DNA of 64,000 nucleotides from Octopus vulgaris (GCA_951406725.2 OX597818.1:121830001-121894000); one strand, 5' to 3'. Shown: positions 1-14,075, numbered from the stretch's first letter. Numbers and translations are program-made. Notes: generated from the sequence alone by a model not told the origin.

Positions 1-54
<54 letters not shown>

Positions 55-108
55 CATAATCATCATCATCATCATCATCATCAGCATTATCATCGTCATT
101 ATTATTAT
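1..108. repeat. (TAT)n/(CAT)n microsatellite
   Basis: Trinucleotide runs read directly from the sequence. Confidence 0.95.
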
Positions 109-109
109 C

Positions 110-348
110 AGAGACAATGATTTATAATAAGAGTTGGTAAACTTTTCAACATTTTTAAGTGCTACCTGGTCACTTGCGACTGTTATATCAGTAATGAAAG
201 TTTCGGAGAACTCTTTGACCTCCGATTTAATGTCGGGTCGTCTATGCACGGTCACTGTGTTTGTTTGCACATTAATGCCCCACAGAATTTTAGCAACGTT
301 GTTTTCTGTGGTTGGCTGTCCTATGTTTATTGCATTTTCATATGCGTT
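110..348 (-). mobile_element. Degenerate non-LTR retrotransposon fragment, restriction-like endonuclease (RLE) domain, R4/Dong-like
   Basis: The minus frame reads TENNVAKILWGINVQTNTVTVHRRPDIKSEVKEFSETFITDITVASDQVALKNVEKF. This fits the EN..KILWD..IQTD....RRPDI..D....IID..V..D....K..EK pattern of RLE-encoding LINEs. Confidence 0.7.
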
Positions 349-849
349 TTATCCATGGAGCTTACTGTGACCTTCCAGTTCAGTAACCCCTTAATCTGAA
401 TTTTCATCTCATCAGACGTCATTCTAACTGGATTATGTTTCATTCGCAGACTTGATTACTAGTTTCTCATTCGCTCTCGCTAACCGCTTTGCATTCCTGT
501 TAATGCCACTGGCCGAGACTACTGATCTGACCAAAAATGTGTTGATTCTTCCAGATTAGAACATCCATACTCTCCGGTCTCTCGATTCAAATACGTATAA
601 AACTTCTGCTAGCTCGAATAAAAGAGCTTATTGAGCGATTCTTGCCAAGTTTTCAAAGTGGCACACAATCACTGATCTAAAAATAAAAATATTATTTTTT
701 CTAAATCTCTCAAAGAGAGGCATTCAGTAGCAGTTCTTCAAAGTAAAGGATATTTGCCTTTATAATGTGGATGTTCTGTAAGGGACGATGATACTGTTTT
801 AGCCCCAAGAAACATCGTTTCTAGCAGGCTATACGACACAATATCTGTA

Positions 850-1254
850 CAGGGTGTCCCAAAAGTACCTGACGGGTTTCAAGTTTTAATAACTTCCTTA
901 ACTTTACAAATAAATGCTCTGCTAAAATTGTTACTGAATGTCACGAGGCACATTCTAGTGAAGTTGAGCATCTTATATGGCCATCACAGTCCCCAGATCT
1001 CAATATTATTGAACATTTATGGTACATTTTAGAAAAACAAATGAGTCGATATCCTCCACCATCATCGCTACAAGAACTGGAGACTGTTTTAGCTGAAGAA
1101 TGGACAAAAATTCCTTTGGAAACAATTCAAACTTTGTACGAGTCCATACCTCATAGAAATCATGCTGTAATTACTGCTATAGGCGGTCCTACTCTATATT
1201 AAAATAAATTTGTTTGAAATTTTAAGGTGTTTTCATTATTTTGTCCAACTTCTG
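850..1254 (+). mobile_element. Tc1/mariner remnant with transposase C-terminus (921-1202)
   Basis: 921-1202 translates AKIVTECHEAHSSEVEHLIWPSQSPDLNIIEHLWYILEKQ...LAEEWTKIPLETIQTLYESIPHRNHAVITAIGGPTLY*, containing the Tc1 WP.QSPDLN.IE motif. The ends are TA|CAG...CTG|TA. Confidence 0.9.
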
Positions 1255-1297
1255 TATATATATCTTATAATTATTTACATTATTTACATTTGACGGA

Positions 1298-1306
1298 TAA
1301 TAATAA

Positions 1307-1375
<69 letters not shown>

Positions 1376-1613
1376 ACTACTACTAATAATAATAATAATA
1401 AAATAATCCTTTCTACTAAAGGCACGAGGCCTGAAATTTTGGGAGAGGGGACCAGTCAATTACATCGACCCCAGTGCTCAACTGGTATTTATTTTGTCGA
1501 TCACGAAAGGATGAAAGGCGAAGTCGACCTCGGCGGAATTTGAACTTAAAGCGTAAGGACGGACGAAATACCACCAAGCATTTCGCCCGGCATGCAAACG
1601 ATTCTGCCAGCTT
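1298..1613 (-). mobile_element. tRNA-derived SINE family A (tail type 2) with (TAA)n run
   Basis: Reverse complement of the GAGCTGGCAGAA...GAGTTCAAATTCCGCCGAGGTCGACTTTGCCTTTCATCCTTTCG element that recurs throughout the window. Confidence 0.9.
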
Positions 1614-2508
1614 AGAGTGTGTGTGTATGTGTGTGTGTGTGTGTGTGTGTGCGCGCGAGTGTGTTGTTTCGTTATTGTAGAATGAACAAAAAGTTGTCAA
1701 TCCAAAATTTAATAAACAGAATTTTCAAAGTGAGCCACAATAAATTTCCTGTTCCGATTGAACAGTAAACCGACAAGCTTGTATAGCATGCCATGTGCTA
1801 TCCTGCAATCTTTCAGGCTCGAAATAAACCTGGCTGCTCTCTGATAAAAGCGAGAGAGAACGAGAGATAAAGTGAGAGATGGAAAAAAAAAAGGACTGAA
1901 CGGAGAAAAAGCGAAAAACGAATGAAAAGAAATAAATGAAAAGAAAAAAGAGTTATGTCCCTTCGGCCAGTTTGCATGGGAATTAGCAATGGTTGCGTAG
2001 GTTTATTTAGACGAGGAAAAGTTAAAAGCTATGAAACTGTCTAACGCGGAGAGGTTGGTGTTCTCCAATTCGAGAGTAGAAACGAGATGCTTGTATGCTG
2101 TTGTGAAATACAAGTAAAAGCCGGAGATAGATTGCTATCGGCTTCGACAATGAAAATTCCAGAATGTCGATCAACTCCTTATTCACTGATTTAAGAACAT
2201 TTGCATATTGCATGAACGCTCCACCAGACTGGCTTATTCACATTTTCTCACTGCTCAGTTCGAAATGCAAAGCTTCGATGAACCCTAGAGTATGGTGAAA
2301 CACTTTAACAATATGTCACGCTGTCATATGGAATCGCATGTGAACTTCTTAACCATTCAATCAGGTCTGCACTCATACTCTTAAAAATGCACACAATGCA
2401 CGCTTATACACACACACATACACACACTAAGATGCATACATTCACACATACATACATATACAAGGTGGTCCATAATTGCTTTATTATTTTCACTTATACG
2501 TGCATAAT

Positions 2509-2803
2509 CATCATCATTGTTCGACCATGGTCGAGACAATGGAATTTACCATGCTACGCCAGACTTCACGGTCCATCATGGCATTACGGAGGTCCTGTTG
2601 CTGGATGCCTGTATCCCTGGAGATTACATCAGGATAGGAGAGTGTGCGCCCTCTGGTATTGCGAGTAGATGGATTCCAGAGGAGAAGAGTAGAAATTACC
2701 TCTTTTTCAGCTCTACAACAATGTCCAGCAAACTAGACTCTCTTACCTTTCACAAGAGATGACGCAGGTGGTAGTTTCCCATATATTTGCATTTTGGTTG
2801 GAT
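2509..2803 (-). mobile_element. 5'-truncated RTE-clade LINE 3' end
   Basis: Colinear with 57681-58062. It has a (TGA)n tail and is flanked by the duplication GTGCATAAT (2500-2508 / 2804-2812). Confidence 0.85.
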
Positions 2804-2863
2804 GTGCATAATGGTAAAGTCATATATGGGCCTATCTGCCAGATGCCTGCCAGTCTATCAAAA

Positions 2864-3286
2864 TATTGGTGTCAAATTTTGGGACAAGATCAGTCATTTA
2901 GGAGATGCTCAACTGGTAGTTATTTTATCGACTCCAAAATGATGAAGGGTAAAGTCGACCTCGGCGAAATTTGAAATTATTACGTACAGACAAACGAAAC
3001 GCCGCCAAACATTTTGCCCTGTGTGTTCACGATTCTGCCAGCTCACCACCTTATAGCTATCCCATATATTGGTTTCAAATTTTGGCGCAAGCTCAGCAAT
3101 TTAGAAGGAGGAGATGTAGGTCGATTACATCGACCTCAGGGCTCAACTGGTGCTTATTTTATTGACCCTGAAAGGATGAAAGGCAAAGTCGACCTCTGCG
3201 AAATTTGAACTCAGACCGTGAAGACGGATAAAAGGCAACTAAGCATTTTGTCCGGCGTGCTAACGATTCTGTCAGCTCACCGCCCT
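2864..3286 (-). mobile_element. Two adjacent diverged SINE family A copies (tail type 3)
   Basis: Two successive AAAGTCGACCTC.GCGAAATTTGAA...GATTCTG.CAGCTCACC.CC units. Confidence 0.85.
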
Positions 3287-3309
3287 ATCTACCTATGTAT
3301 TAATGTATA

Positions 3310-3369
<60 letters not shown>

Positions 3370-3371
<2 letters not shown>

Positions 3372-3476
3372 ATTAAGTACCAGTTACGTACTAGGGTCGA
3401 TGTAATCGACTTAATCCCTTTGTCTGTCTTTGTTTGTCCCCTCTATGTTTAGCTCCTTGTGGGCAATAAAGAAATA
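3370..3476 (+). mobile_element. 5'-truncated SINE family A (tail type 1)
   Basis: ATTAAGTACCAGTTACG...TTTGTCCCCTCTATGTTTAGCTCCTTGTGGGCAATAAAGAAATA. Confidence 0.85.
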
Positions 3477-3484
3477 TATATATA

Positions 3485-3894
3485 CTCTTTACTCTTTTAC
3501 TCTTTTACTTGTTTCAGTCATTTGACTGCGGCCATGCTGGAGCACCGCCTTTAGTCGAGCAAATCGACCCCGGGACTTATTCTTTGTAAGCCCAGTACTT
3601 ATTCTATCGGTCTCTTTTGCCGAACCGCTAGGTGACGGGGACGTAAACACACCAGCATCGGTTGTCAAGCAATGCTAGGGGGACAAACACAGACACACAA
3701 ACACACACACACATACATACATATATATACATATATACGACAGGCTTCTTTCAGTTTCCATCTACCAAATCCACTCACAAGGCATTGGTCGGCCCGGGGC
3801 TATAGCAGAAGACACTTGCCCAAGATGCCACGCAATGGGACTGAACCCGGAACCATGTGGTTGGTAAGCAAGCTACTTACCACACAGCCACTCC
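3485..3894 (-). mobile_element. tRNA-derived SINE family B (CORE-like box)
   Basis: Near-identical reverse complement of 26804-27215, with an (AGTAAAAG)n-like tail. Confidence 0.9.
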
Positions 3895-4234
3895 GTGTGT
3901 GTGTGTGTGTGTGTGTGGGTGTGTGCGTGCGTGCATGCGTGTGTGTATAGACATGCGTACTCACTCTCTCATACACATATACACTTACACATACGTGTAT
4001 ATTTCTGAGTTGAGCGTTGGGGGCCTGAAGTAAAAGTAACAAGGAGAGAAAGGAATGATGAAAGAAAGAACGTATTCATATGATCGATGAAACGAGAAAA
4101 ATGAAGCAGGATTTATGTAAATAGAGATATCTGTCTAGGCATTGATCCAGACATTTTTTTTATAGATTGGGTTGTCGTGTTGTTTGTAGAGATTGATATT
4201 GATTCATGGAAAAATAGCGGATGAGATACTTGCT

Positions 4235-4672
<438 letters not shown>

Positions 4673-6636
4673 TTTTAATCTGTCTGTTTATATATTTTAT
4701 CTATGCAGCTCATTAGGTATCTGAGGTGTAACGAAATGCCACTCTGTTCAACATCGCAAACATCTCGTAAATTTTCACTTTGCACTTTTGCATGAACTGA
4801 CGTTGAAGGCATGGCGGTCGCATGGTGCCACTCAGTCAATGTTGTTGACTGTGTTCTAGTTAGAGCTACGGCTTTAAAATCTGCTCAAAGTTACCTCCCT
4901 TCGGTATTTTCCTCTGATAACGGTCAAAGACCTACAAACGCCTCCGAGAATCAAATAGGGGCAACACTGAGCACCCTTTACCTTAAGAGAGAAAGTTTTC
5001 TCCACGGTAACTGCAGTGAATTTGTCGCAAACATATTTTAACTGACCTAAAATTCCCACAAATATTCATTCGTTAGTATATTTTGTAAAATTCAACTACG
5101 AAGCTTTTTCATACTTAATGATATAAGAAATTTACAACAGATCACGTACACATGCAGAGGAAGTATCATTGTTTTGACACGAACCGACGATTTAACTACT
5201 GGTCGTTCGGTTGTGTATTAACTCAGCCAATTGCGTACATTAGTACATCTAAGATGCGAACAAGACTGGAATTATCATGTTATAAACGAACAGCCATTTA
5301 CGATATAAAGTTTTTAGGTAGCATGGAATCTCAATTTATCTTTGACATTGTAAACCTCTTCAAATTAGCCAAGATTAACGACCTGCTAGAAATAAAGACC
5401 AAATCTCCTTCATGGTAATCCTACGGTCTTAACAAAGGAAAGACATTTGGGATAACCTAGTCCTACATAGATAGTGTCTGACAAAAGGAAACAATGCGTT
5501 AGGAACGATTTAGTCGTGGATCCTGTTCAAAGATGACCAATGATTGTACAACCACAACAGTAATGACAAAACAACAATAACAAAAATAATCTTATTAAAT
5601 GTGAATAAATCCCAAATGCATCTTATTACCACAGTCAATGAAATTCTTTTCTATATTCCTGAGTTCCTATAATTTATTCCCAGTATATGACGCTCCCATT
5701 TTCTTTCTGTATATGTGGCAAATTATATCCCATATCGTTAAAACCTAATTTTTCTGTTAATGCTAGTGTCAAGACACTGAATACCCATTTGCTATCAATG
5801 CACTGTTTCTTTCTTCTTTCTTTTTTCCTTTCTCTTTCCTTTATTTATTTCTCTCCCCACTCTCTTTCTCACACAGCACTCACTTTCACTATCTCTTTCT
5901 CATACAACACTTTCAGTTTCACTATCGCTTTCTCATCATGAGAGCCCATCAATTTTTATCCTTATCTCATCATTGTAATCCAATCGAATTTTATTCCTTT
6001 TGATGATGACATTCACGTAAGATGAGGACGACGACGACAACGACGGTAACGATAATGATAATGTTGATAATTATGGTGTCAACATTATTGTTATTGCTTC
6101 TATGAACTAGCGATGACGATGGTGGTAATGATGATGATACCGATGATGTTGATGATGACGACGACGATGACAACGGACAACGATGATGATGAAGATGATG
6201 ATGATGATGATCGCTCTGAAGATGGTAATAAAGCGAAATGCTTTCTTACACCCACCCACTCTTACAGAAAAAGCACCCGTACCTTATAAAAAGAATGGAA
6301 ATAAAATAGTTATTTCGAAACAAGCAAAATACCGATTCTTTTAATAGCATATTTCTTTTGCAAAGATATTTTCAACACTTATTGTTTTTTTGTTCTTGAA
6401 CATCAAAGAAAGCTTTAGCAGACAAAAAAATTTAAATAAAAAGAACAAAATTAAAGAAGCGGAAAAAAAAATGAAAGCATTGATTTATATCGTCTTAATT
6501 CCTATTTCAAGCAGAATACATTTTTGATGAATAACCAAGGATCTAACTAGAGATTCTACCCTTTGGTTAAAATTATCTCTTGTCTAATTGTCTAATCCTC
6601 TTTGCAACATCAACTAAGCTACAATGAATATAATTC

Positions 6637-6680
<44 letters not shown>

Positions 6681-6931
6681 CATACACAGACACACACACA
6701 CATACATACGCGCGCGCGCGCACACACATACTTTCTTGTTTGAGTAATTTAACTGCAGCTATATACATCTAACTATCAAAACATAACATCACATACATAA
6801 TATAGTATGACATACATACATATATCTCTCCATCCATCCACTCCTCTATCCATCCACCCATCCATCCATCCATCCATCCATCCATCCATCCATCCATACA
6901 TACATACATACATAATACATACATACATACA

Positions 6932-6962
<31 letters not shown>

Positions 6963-7659
6963 TTGCGGTTGGATGGTAAATTTCAAAATAAATTTCCTTA
7001 AAAAGGATTTCTAACAAGATAACGAACAATGACTTTTATGGCGGCAGACTTTTAGCTAACTGGTGTGTTAGACCTAATATGTGACTGTTACTTAAGGCGA
7101 TGTGATCTGAAAAGCACAAATGGGCTCTGACAGGAGTTGAACCCAGTATGAACAGAAAATAAGCTAAGTACTGAATGTAAGCCGGGGCTGTCTCATACAT
7201 CTACTGATATTGGGATAGACTCATTCCTGCTATTTCTCGAACACATAAAAGTATTAAAGACTCATAAAAGCATTCCTCTCGAGTGAACTTGAACTTAAAT
7301 CTTACTTAGACCACCAGAACGTAGACCGCCCCAAAATATTTTAAAGCGTGTAATCCGATACTTTGGCGTTGGAAATAGTTTTAAATAGAAAGGGAAGAAA
7401 TGCCAATAAACTACTGAGGTCGAGTGTCCATCATTAACAACACCAAACAAGGTCGAAATCACGTGATATGGTGATCTGGTGATCTCAGTGCTAGAGGTGA
7501 CAGAGATTTGTCTCCCGGCTAGTATGTAAACAAGAATACATTTTAAATCAAAAAGCCATTGTGAGAGCTTCTCACATGGTGACTACCGGAGAATAGTTTG
7601 TTCTAAGATCTTCCATGTTTAAGTAGGGATAGATATTACCTCTCGGTATTAATGGTGCC

Positions 7660-7894
7660 AAAAGGCGGCGAGCTGGCAGAAACGTTAGCACGCCGGGCGA
7701 GATGCTTAGTGGTATTTCGTCTGCCGTTACGTTGTGAGTTCAAATTCCGCCGAGGTCGACTTTGCCTTTCATCCTATCGAGGTCGATAAATTAAGTACCA
7801 GTTACGCACTGGGGTCGATGTAATCGACTTAATACCTATGTCTGTCCTTGTTTGTCCCCTCGGTGTTTAGCCCCTTGTGGGTAATAAAGAAATA
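7660..7894 (+). mobile_element. Full-length young SINE family A (tail type 1) with 15-bp TSD
   Basis: Head GGCGGCGAGCTGGCAGAAACGTTAGC, B-box-like GAGTTCAAATTCC, central GCCTTTCATCCT.TCG.GGTCGATAAATTAAGTACC (resembles the Meta/MESC SINE domain; inference). Perfect TSD GGTATTAATGGTGCC at 7645-7659 and 7895-7909. Confidence 0.95.
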
Positions 7895-10449
7895 GGTATT
7901 AATGGTGCCTCTGTTGCTAATATATATTTTTTAACTGAGAAGTATGTCATCGTTGTTGTGGTTGGTGTTGTTATTTAGCAGCGGTCAGCTTTATTCGAGT
8001 TGACCACTGATTAAAGGTATTCCAGCGATAAATTTCCAGCGTTTTCTTATGTACAGGCAGCCCATGACCAAACAATCTAATTCAAGTTGTTGGCCAGATA
8101 TGTGATTTGAAGGACATTTAATTGCTATTTCTAGCAAATCGAGCGATTACGTACAGTTTCTCTCGCTGGTTCGATTTTTAATTTAGGTGCAAAGCCTAAA
8201 ATTTTAATGACAGAAAGTGTCGGTTATATCGACTCTTGTAATTGGCTGGGCTACTTTGATTTCGAGAATGAAAGGCGAAGTTGATAACAGCAGGGGTTTG
8301 AAATCGGAATATAAAGGTAAAAGAACCTAACTACAGTTTAGTATTTTGTCCATCTCTCAAACGACGTAACCAGAATACTCTCTAGCAGATTTATTGATGA
8401 ACGTAAAGGTGAAGGATAGAAATCGTGATGTTTATACTTTTGCCAAAAGTTATTAGCATATTAAATGAATCAATGAATCCAGAAAAGCCTCTGCTTCACG
8501 AGCCCTTAGGCTCGTGGCAGACTTCTCTAAAAATCGACATCTCGTGCTTATCTTAGACATCAATATATCTCTAACCGACGTGATAACTTCTACTTTAGCA
8601 TATACCGTTCTGATATGAAATACACGAAAAGTAAATAAAACAATTTTTTCGACTTGAAAAAGTAGCTTAATGTGTCTCAAATTATCTTAGCTTATAAAAT
8701 ACTGTACTTTATAATAAACAAGAAAATGTAATGTCGAATTCAAAATAATAAAAAATGAACCAGTACTAAACATTATATAAAAGTTTTCTTGGGGGTGAGT
8801 GTTCCCTCGCAGATCTGTTACACCAGCGTAGGTCAATATCATGGTATAAAACTTATAGGATATTGATATTGCACACACGGACATCTTAGATTGTATCCTA
8901 ATGAAAGCCATCCGTTGCTTGATAAACAGCTATTCATCAACATGCTTATAACACTATGTCTCAGAACTTCTGTTACCACTACGACAACAGTCTCTGTTCT
9001 ACCGAAGTATGATAGTTGTTTACAGTCATCCGCCATGGCTGCTTGACCCAGCCATCTTTCCTTCTATAATCATCTGTTTATATCTGCACTGTCTGACTCC
9101 GCATTAAAACCATTCACTTAGAAATTCTTATTTCACGAATTTCCTTCCAACACACGTCTTAACCGCGCCTGTTCAAATTGAGCATTCGATTTAATCGTTC
9201 TTAGTAATCTAAGGCAGTAAGTAAAAGTTATGAAAACTGCGTCTCTTTTACTTAGCTTATTGAACAATCGTCCCTCATAGCTTTTCCTTTAAATCAGAAC
9301 TCTGTTTCTTATTGGAATTAATTGCTGCTCTGCAACAATTAATTCTACAGAAAGGTCTCTCAGTTCGCAAGAGTACACTGCTACATGAACCACGAGTGAA
9401 TATATTATTCAACTTGGACGGATTTCACCGTTAATGTATCTTCGTTTATAAGTATTACATTAAGCTAAGTCAATAATGGATTATAGACATATTAGGCAAA
9501 GAAGATCTGTCAGTGAGTTTAACTTATACTTGGAAGAGTATGCAATCTATTTATCTATGTATATGTATGTGATATCACAATTAGGATAAAGACCTAATGG
9601 GTGATGAATTGTGGGAATCGTTAATGCGTCGGATAAAATACTTTGCGATATCTCTGATGACGTTTATGCCCCTAGGCCAACTTTGCTGACTTTATCAACT
9701 TTGTCATTCATCCTGACAGAGTTGATCAACTAATCGAGTATCGGGGTTGATGAAATTGGCCATTTCTTCTTCGTCACAAATTCTGTCTTTGCGCTTATGG
9801 CTTTTGATCTTAACTGATTGGAAGTGTTATCATAATCATGTTTTGTCTTGCTACAGCAATTAATCTGCTCAGTACCACAGATTTGATTGTTAGTTGTTTC
9901 ACCATAACCAGTTGAGCATGTCCCTTAATAGCTGACGATATGTGCATTTCTGATAACGAGCAGGAGTAATGGGAGAACATCATAGCCATGTGTTGAGAAG
10001 GATTCTTTGGGGTTTCAATAATTCACATCTGGAAACATGGGTGTTTCGTCCATCACCCTTAAACAAACATTATCCAGGGACATTCGTCTGTCTTTACGTT
10101 CTGAGTACAAATCCGCCGCGGTCAACTTTGCCTTTCATCCTTTCGGGTCAATAAATTAAGTGGCAGTTGCGTACAGGGGTCGATCTAATAAACTAGCCTC
10201 CTCCCTCAAAATGTCGGGCCTTGTGCCAACCTGAAGAAAATCCGACCTGGACCCCACCTGCAAGGTCATGCGCTGTTTATCTTGATATGAGATCACCATG
10301 ACGCGCAGATATAGTTGCGATGCATGTGCTTGGTGTGCCCTCATCAGACGGGTCGTCATGTTGGGTATACTGGGCTTCGTATATTTATACCCCAGTGTCA
10401 CTTTGATGCAAGCATTGCTTTTTCACTCAATAATAATAATAATAAAAAT

Positions 10450-10818
10450 AGGTTTCAAATTTTGGTACAAGGCCAACAATTTCGTGCAATTACATCGACA
10501 CCAGTGTTCAAATGGTAGGAAAGGATGAAAAGCAAAGTCGACCCCCAGCGGAATTTGAACTCAGAACGTAGAGGCGGACGAAATACCTATTTCTTTACTA
10601 CCCACAAGGGGCTAAATACAGAGAGGACAAATAAGGACAGACAAACGTATTAAGTCGAATATATCGACCCCCAGTGTGTAACTGGTACTTATTTAATCGA
10701 CCCCGAAAGGATGAAAGGCAAAGTCGACCTCGGCGGAATTTGAACTCAGAACGTAGCGGCAGACGAAATACCGCTAAGTATTTTATCAGACGCACTAACG
10801 ATACTGTCAGCTTGCTGC

Positions 10819-10881
<63 letters not shown>

Positions 10882-11050
10882 TTCTACTATAGGCACAAGG
10901 CGTGAAATTGGGTGGAGATTGGTTAAGTCGATTACATCGACCCCAGTATCAACTGGTACTTAATTTATCGACTCCGAAAGAATGAAAGCTAAATTTGACT
11001 TCGGCAGAAATTGAACTCAGAACGTAGCGATGGGCGAAATACCGCTAAAA
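10450..11050 (-). mobile_element. Nested cluster of SINE family A copies
   Basis: A tail-1 copy is joined to the internal GGTATTTCG site of a tail-3 copy at ~10580-10600. A (TAA)n run and a further tail-2 copy follow. Confidence 0.9.
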
Positions 11051-11629
11051 GCTCAATAACAAAAAAATTGTTGAGGAATCAAAGCGCGTGACACTCATAC
11101 TCCACCTCGACCAAAGTCATTGTGCTGTAAATGAAGCAAAATAATTTTAATTGGGAAAGGAATTTATAAATTTCAATCTCTATTTTTTTTTTAGCTGCTG
11201 ATTAGTCAAATTGCAGTACTGTGTTCGACTTAACCCGTTAGCTTGGTAGCGGTAGCAAGAAACTATTGTAATCTATTTACATAGTTTTCAGAAGTCCTGT
11301 AATCATCAAATATAGTTAGGAACATTAAGTTAAACAGATGTATCATTAAAATTACCTTAAGCAGCTAGAAATATACAAACCTACTTAATCGAAAACCAAT
11401 CATATATTAGCGTATTAAGTGGCGCGCATGTGTGAACGCGGATAGATCTTCCTGATGTAGTAATATTAATTAATTAACATGGTATTATATTACAAGAATT
11501 TCTATCCAAATTGGCTAATACTCTGACTTGTTTCACTCACAGCCAACTCCCTGGAGGATATTGAGACATTAGTGTTATCGCTGTTGCCGACCTTTTCACA
11601 CAACTCTTAGAATTGCTAACTAGGGTTTC

Positions 11630-12195
11630 TATTGTATGTATGAGCGTGTGTGTGAGTGTGTGTGTGTGTATGTGTGTGTGTGCTGTGTGTGTATGTGTAT
11701 GCACGAGCGTGTGTCTGTATACATTCATGTACATATAGATGAGAACGCGTATATACTTGTTTGTGTAAATAAAGAATATATGTATGCATGTATTATGTGT
11801 GTATGTATGTATGTATATATACATATGCATGCGCAAATGTGTGCGTATAAACATACTTATATATGCATATATACCACATACACACATATATCTATATATA
11901 TTTATATCTATACTCATACACACACATATATAACAACGAGCACGCATTCACACACTCATATACTAATATAAATTTAAATGTATATATTCATTATGTATTA
12001 ATGTATATATATATATATATATACAGGCACACACACATACATATATATATATATAAGTATAAATATATACACATACATACATATATATTCATATATATAT
12101 ATATATATATACATACAGTCACAAGTTTGCCTAAACATATATATATGTATACATAAATATACGTACTCACAGCCGTATACATAAATGTGTGTATA

Positions 12196-12256
<61 letters not shown>

Positions 12257-12400
12257 ATATATATATATATATGTATATATATATGTAATTATATATATGT
12301 GTATATATGTACATATATATATGTACATGATATATATATATATAATTATATACATAATATATGTATATACATATGTATATATGTATACACACATATAGGT
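11630..12400. repeat. Degenerate (TG)n/(TA)n/(CA)n microsatellite field
   Basis: Read directly. Confidence 0.9.
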
Positions 12401-12924
12401 TTAGATGTATATCGTATCTAAATTACTTTTCTTTCCTGCCATTTTCTGATTCTTTGCATGTCTTCTGTCTGAGCCTACGTACATGCATATGCATACATAT
12501 AAATAGAAGATAACGATATGTAGACATCTCAAAAAAGAAAAAAAAATGGGTTAATTAATATATTTCAGTGTGTGTGTGTGTGTGAGTGTGAGCGCATTTG
12601 TATATGTGAGTGGGCGTGTTTGTGTTTGTGTATGTGTATGTGTGCGCCTGTGTGTGCTATCTGCTCATTAGAGAAGACGATCAGTTCAAATGCCAGACGG
12701 CCAACATCTAGCTGATTGAAAGGCTGCGGTTTGATCGATTCTCTTGTATTCTCAATAGAACCATCAAGAACTTTTACATCATCAACATCAATGGCATCGT
12801 CAAAAATGCGTCCCTCACCTACATCACCACCGACAGCACCACCGACAGCACCGACAGCACCAACACCAATACCAACAGTATTTACATCCTATCCACCTTA
12901 TCCCCATCAACCATCTCCTCTGCA

Positions 12925-13090
12925 TTATCATCATCATGATTGTCATTATCAACCAACATCAGCACCAGCGCCACCACGACCAACACGAGCACCAGCACCA
13001 GCATTGCCACCGCCCACCACTCACCACCACCACCACCACCACCACCACCACCACCACCGCCACCGCCATCACCACCACCACGACCACCAC

Positions 13091-13131
<41 letters not shown>

Positions 13132-13232
13132 CTTCTACCTGCAAAACTATCAACATCATAACCATTATCACTACTTCCTCATCGCCATCATCTTCGTCAT
13201 CATCATTTACATTATCATCATCGTTGTCGTCA

Positions 13233-13264
<32 letters not shown>

Positions 13265-13290
13265 ATCATCGTAATCATCATCATCATCAT
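12925..13290. repeat. (CAC)n/(CAT)n/(CGT)n trinucleotide field
   Basis: Read directly. It explains the poly-H/P/T/S ORFs. Confidence 0.9.
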
Positions 13291-13749
13291 AAACGTTAGA
13301 AACAACAGAAAGAACAGACGAAGTAAAAGTAAAAAAAAGAAAAAAAGACAATACAATAATATAAGTTATTCTGAACGATAAAATGATTTCTAAGATAGAC
13401 CAGCACAATTTTTTTTATCAAATTGGTGGAATCGTTAGAGCATCGGATAGAACACCATGTGGTATTCATACTAGATTTCTCCGCTCAGAGTTCAGATCCC
13501 AATGAGGTCAACTTTGCATTTCGTTCTTTCGAAGTGGTTAAATAAAATGGAAGTTATGGGTGACAGATTGGCAAAATTATTAGCGCGTCTGACAGGATGT
13601 ATTGTAGAATATGTTCCAGGTCTTTGTGTAATTAGTTCAAACCCCACTTAGGTGTCGATGGCCTAGTTTAATCACCGGCCACTGAAGGGTCCCTTCAAAC
13701 AGGCATTTGATCAACGGCATGCTAAAGTTTTATCAACAGCAGCTGAGGT

Positions 13750-13935
13750 GGAGGCGCAATGGCCCAGTAGTTAGGGCAGCGGACTCGCGATCGTAAGAAC
13801 GCGGTTTCGATTCCCAGACTGGGCATTGTGAGTGTTTATTGAGCAAAAACACCTAAGCTCCACGAGGCTCCGGCGGGTGGAGAGGAGGTTAAACCCGCTG
13901 TACTCTGTCACCACAACTTTCTCTCACTTTCTTCC
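13750..13935 (+). mobile_element. SINE family C, 5' part (tRNA-like head)
   Basis: GGAGGCGCAATGGCCCAGTAGTTAGGGCAGCGGACTCGCGATCGTAAGAACGCGGTTTCGATTCCCAGAC, homologous to 16011-16388. Confidence 0.85.
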
Positions 13936-14075
13936 TACTTATGCCATAAAGCAGAGGAACCATGGTGTAACCCACTATGGTGTGTTAAACTTTCAGACGC
14001 TAGTCTACATTACGAATCCTCTGTACCCCAGGATGGTTCAGCTCTCCACCCGTTAAAAGCCACCGTTTACATCGT

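Noticed and set aside
388-420. CTGATGA-GAT-GAAA on the minus strand
   Set aside because: There is no stem II and stem I does not pair, so it is probably chance.
8950-9500. Possible ancient RTE LINE remnant on the minus strand (INGE..QVE, MIIEGKM)
   Set aside because: Only two short, frameshifted motif resemblances are visible, too weak to call without an alignment.
11541-11625. Possible minus-strand exon ending at a GTGAGT donor
   Set aside because: There is no convincing polypyrimidine acceptor and no recognisable peptide, so it cannot be supported.
12716-13381. Longest ORF in the track (221 aa, Pro/His/Val-rich)
   Set aside because: It is built from CAC/CAT/CGT microsatellites that are open in several frames, with no domain or splice support.
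13750-13822. tRNA-like sequence (also at 16315-16388, 26804-26875 and 57041-57110)
   Set aside because: These are SINE heads that continue into repeat bodies, one with a clear TSD. They are not tRNA genes.
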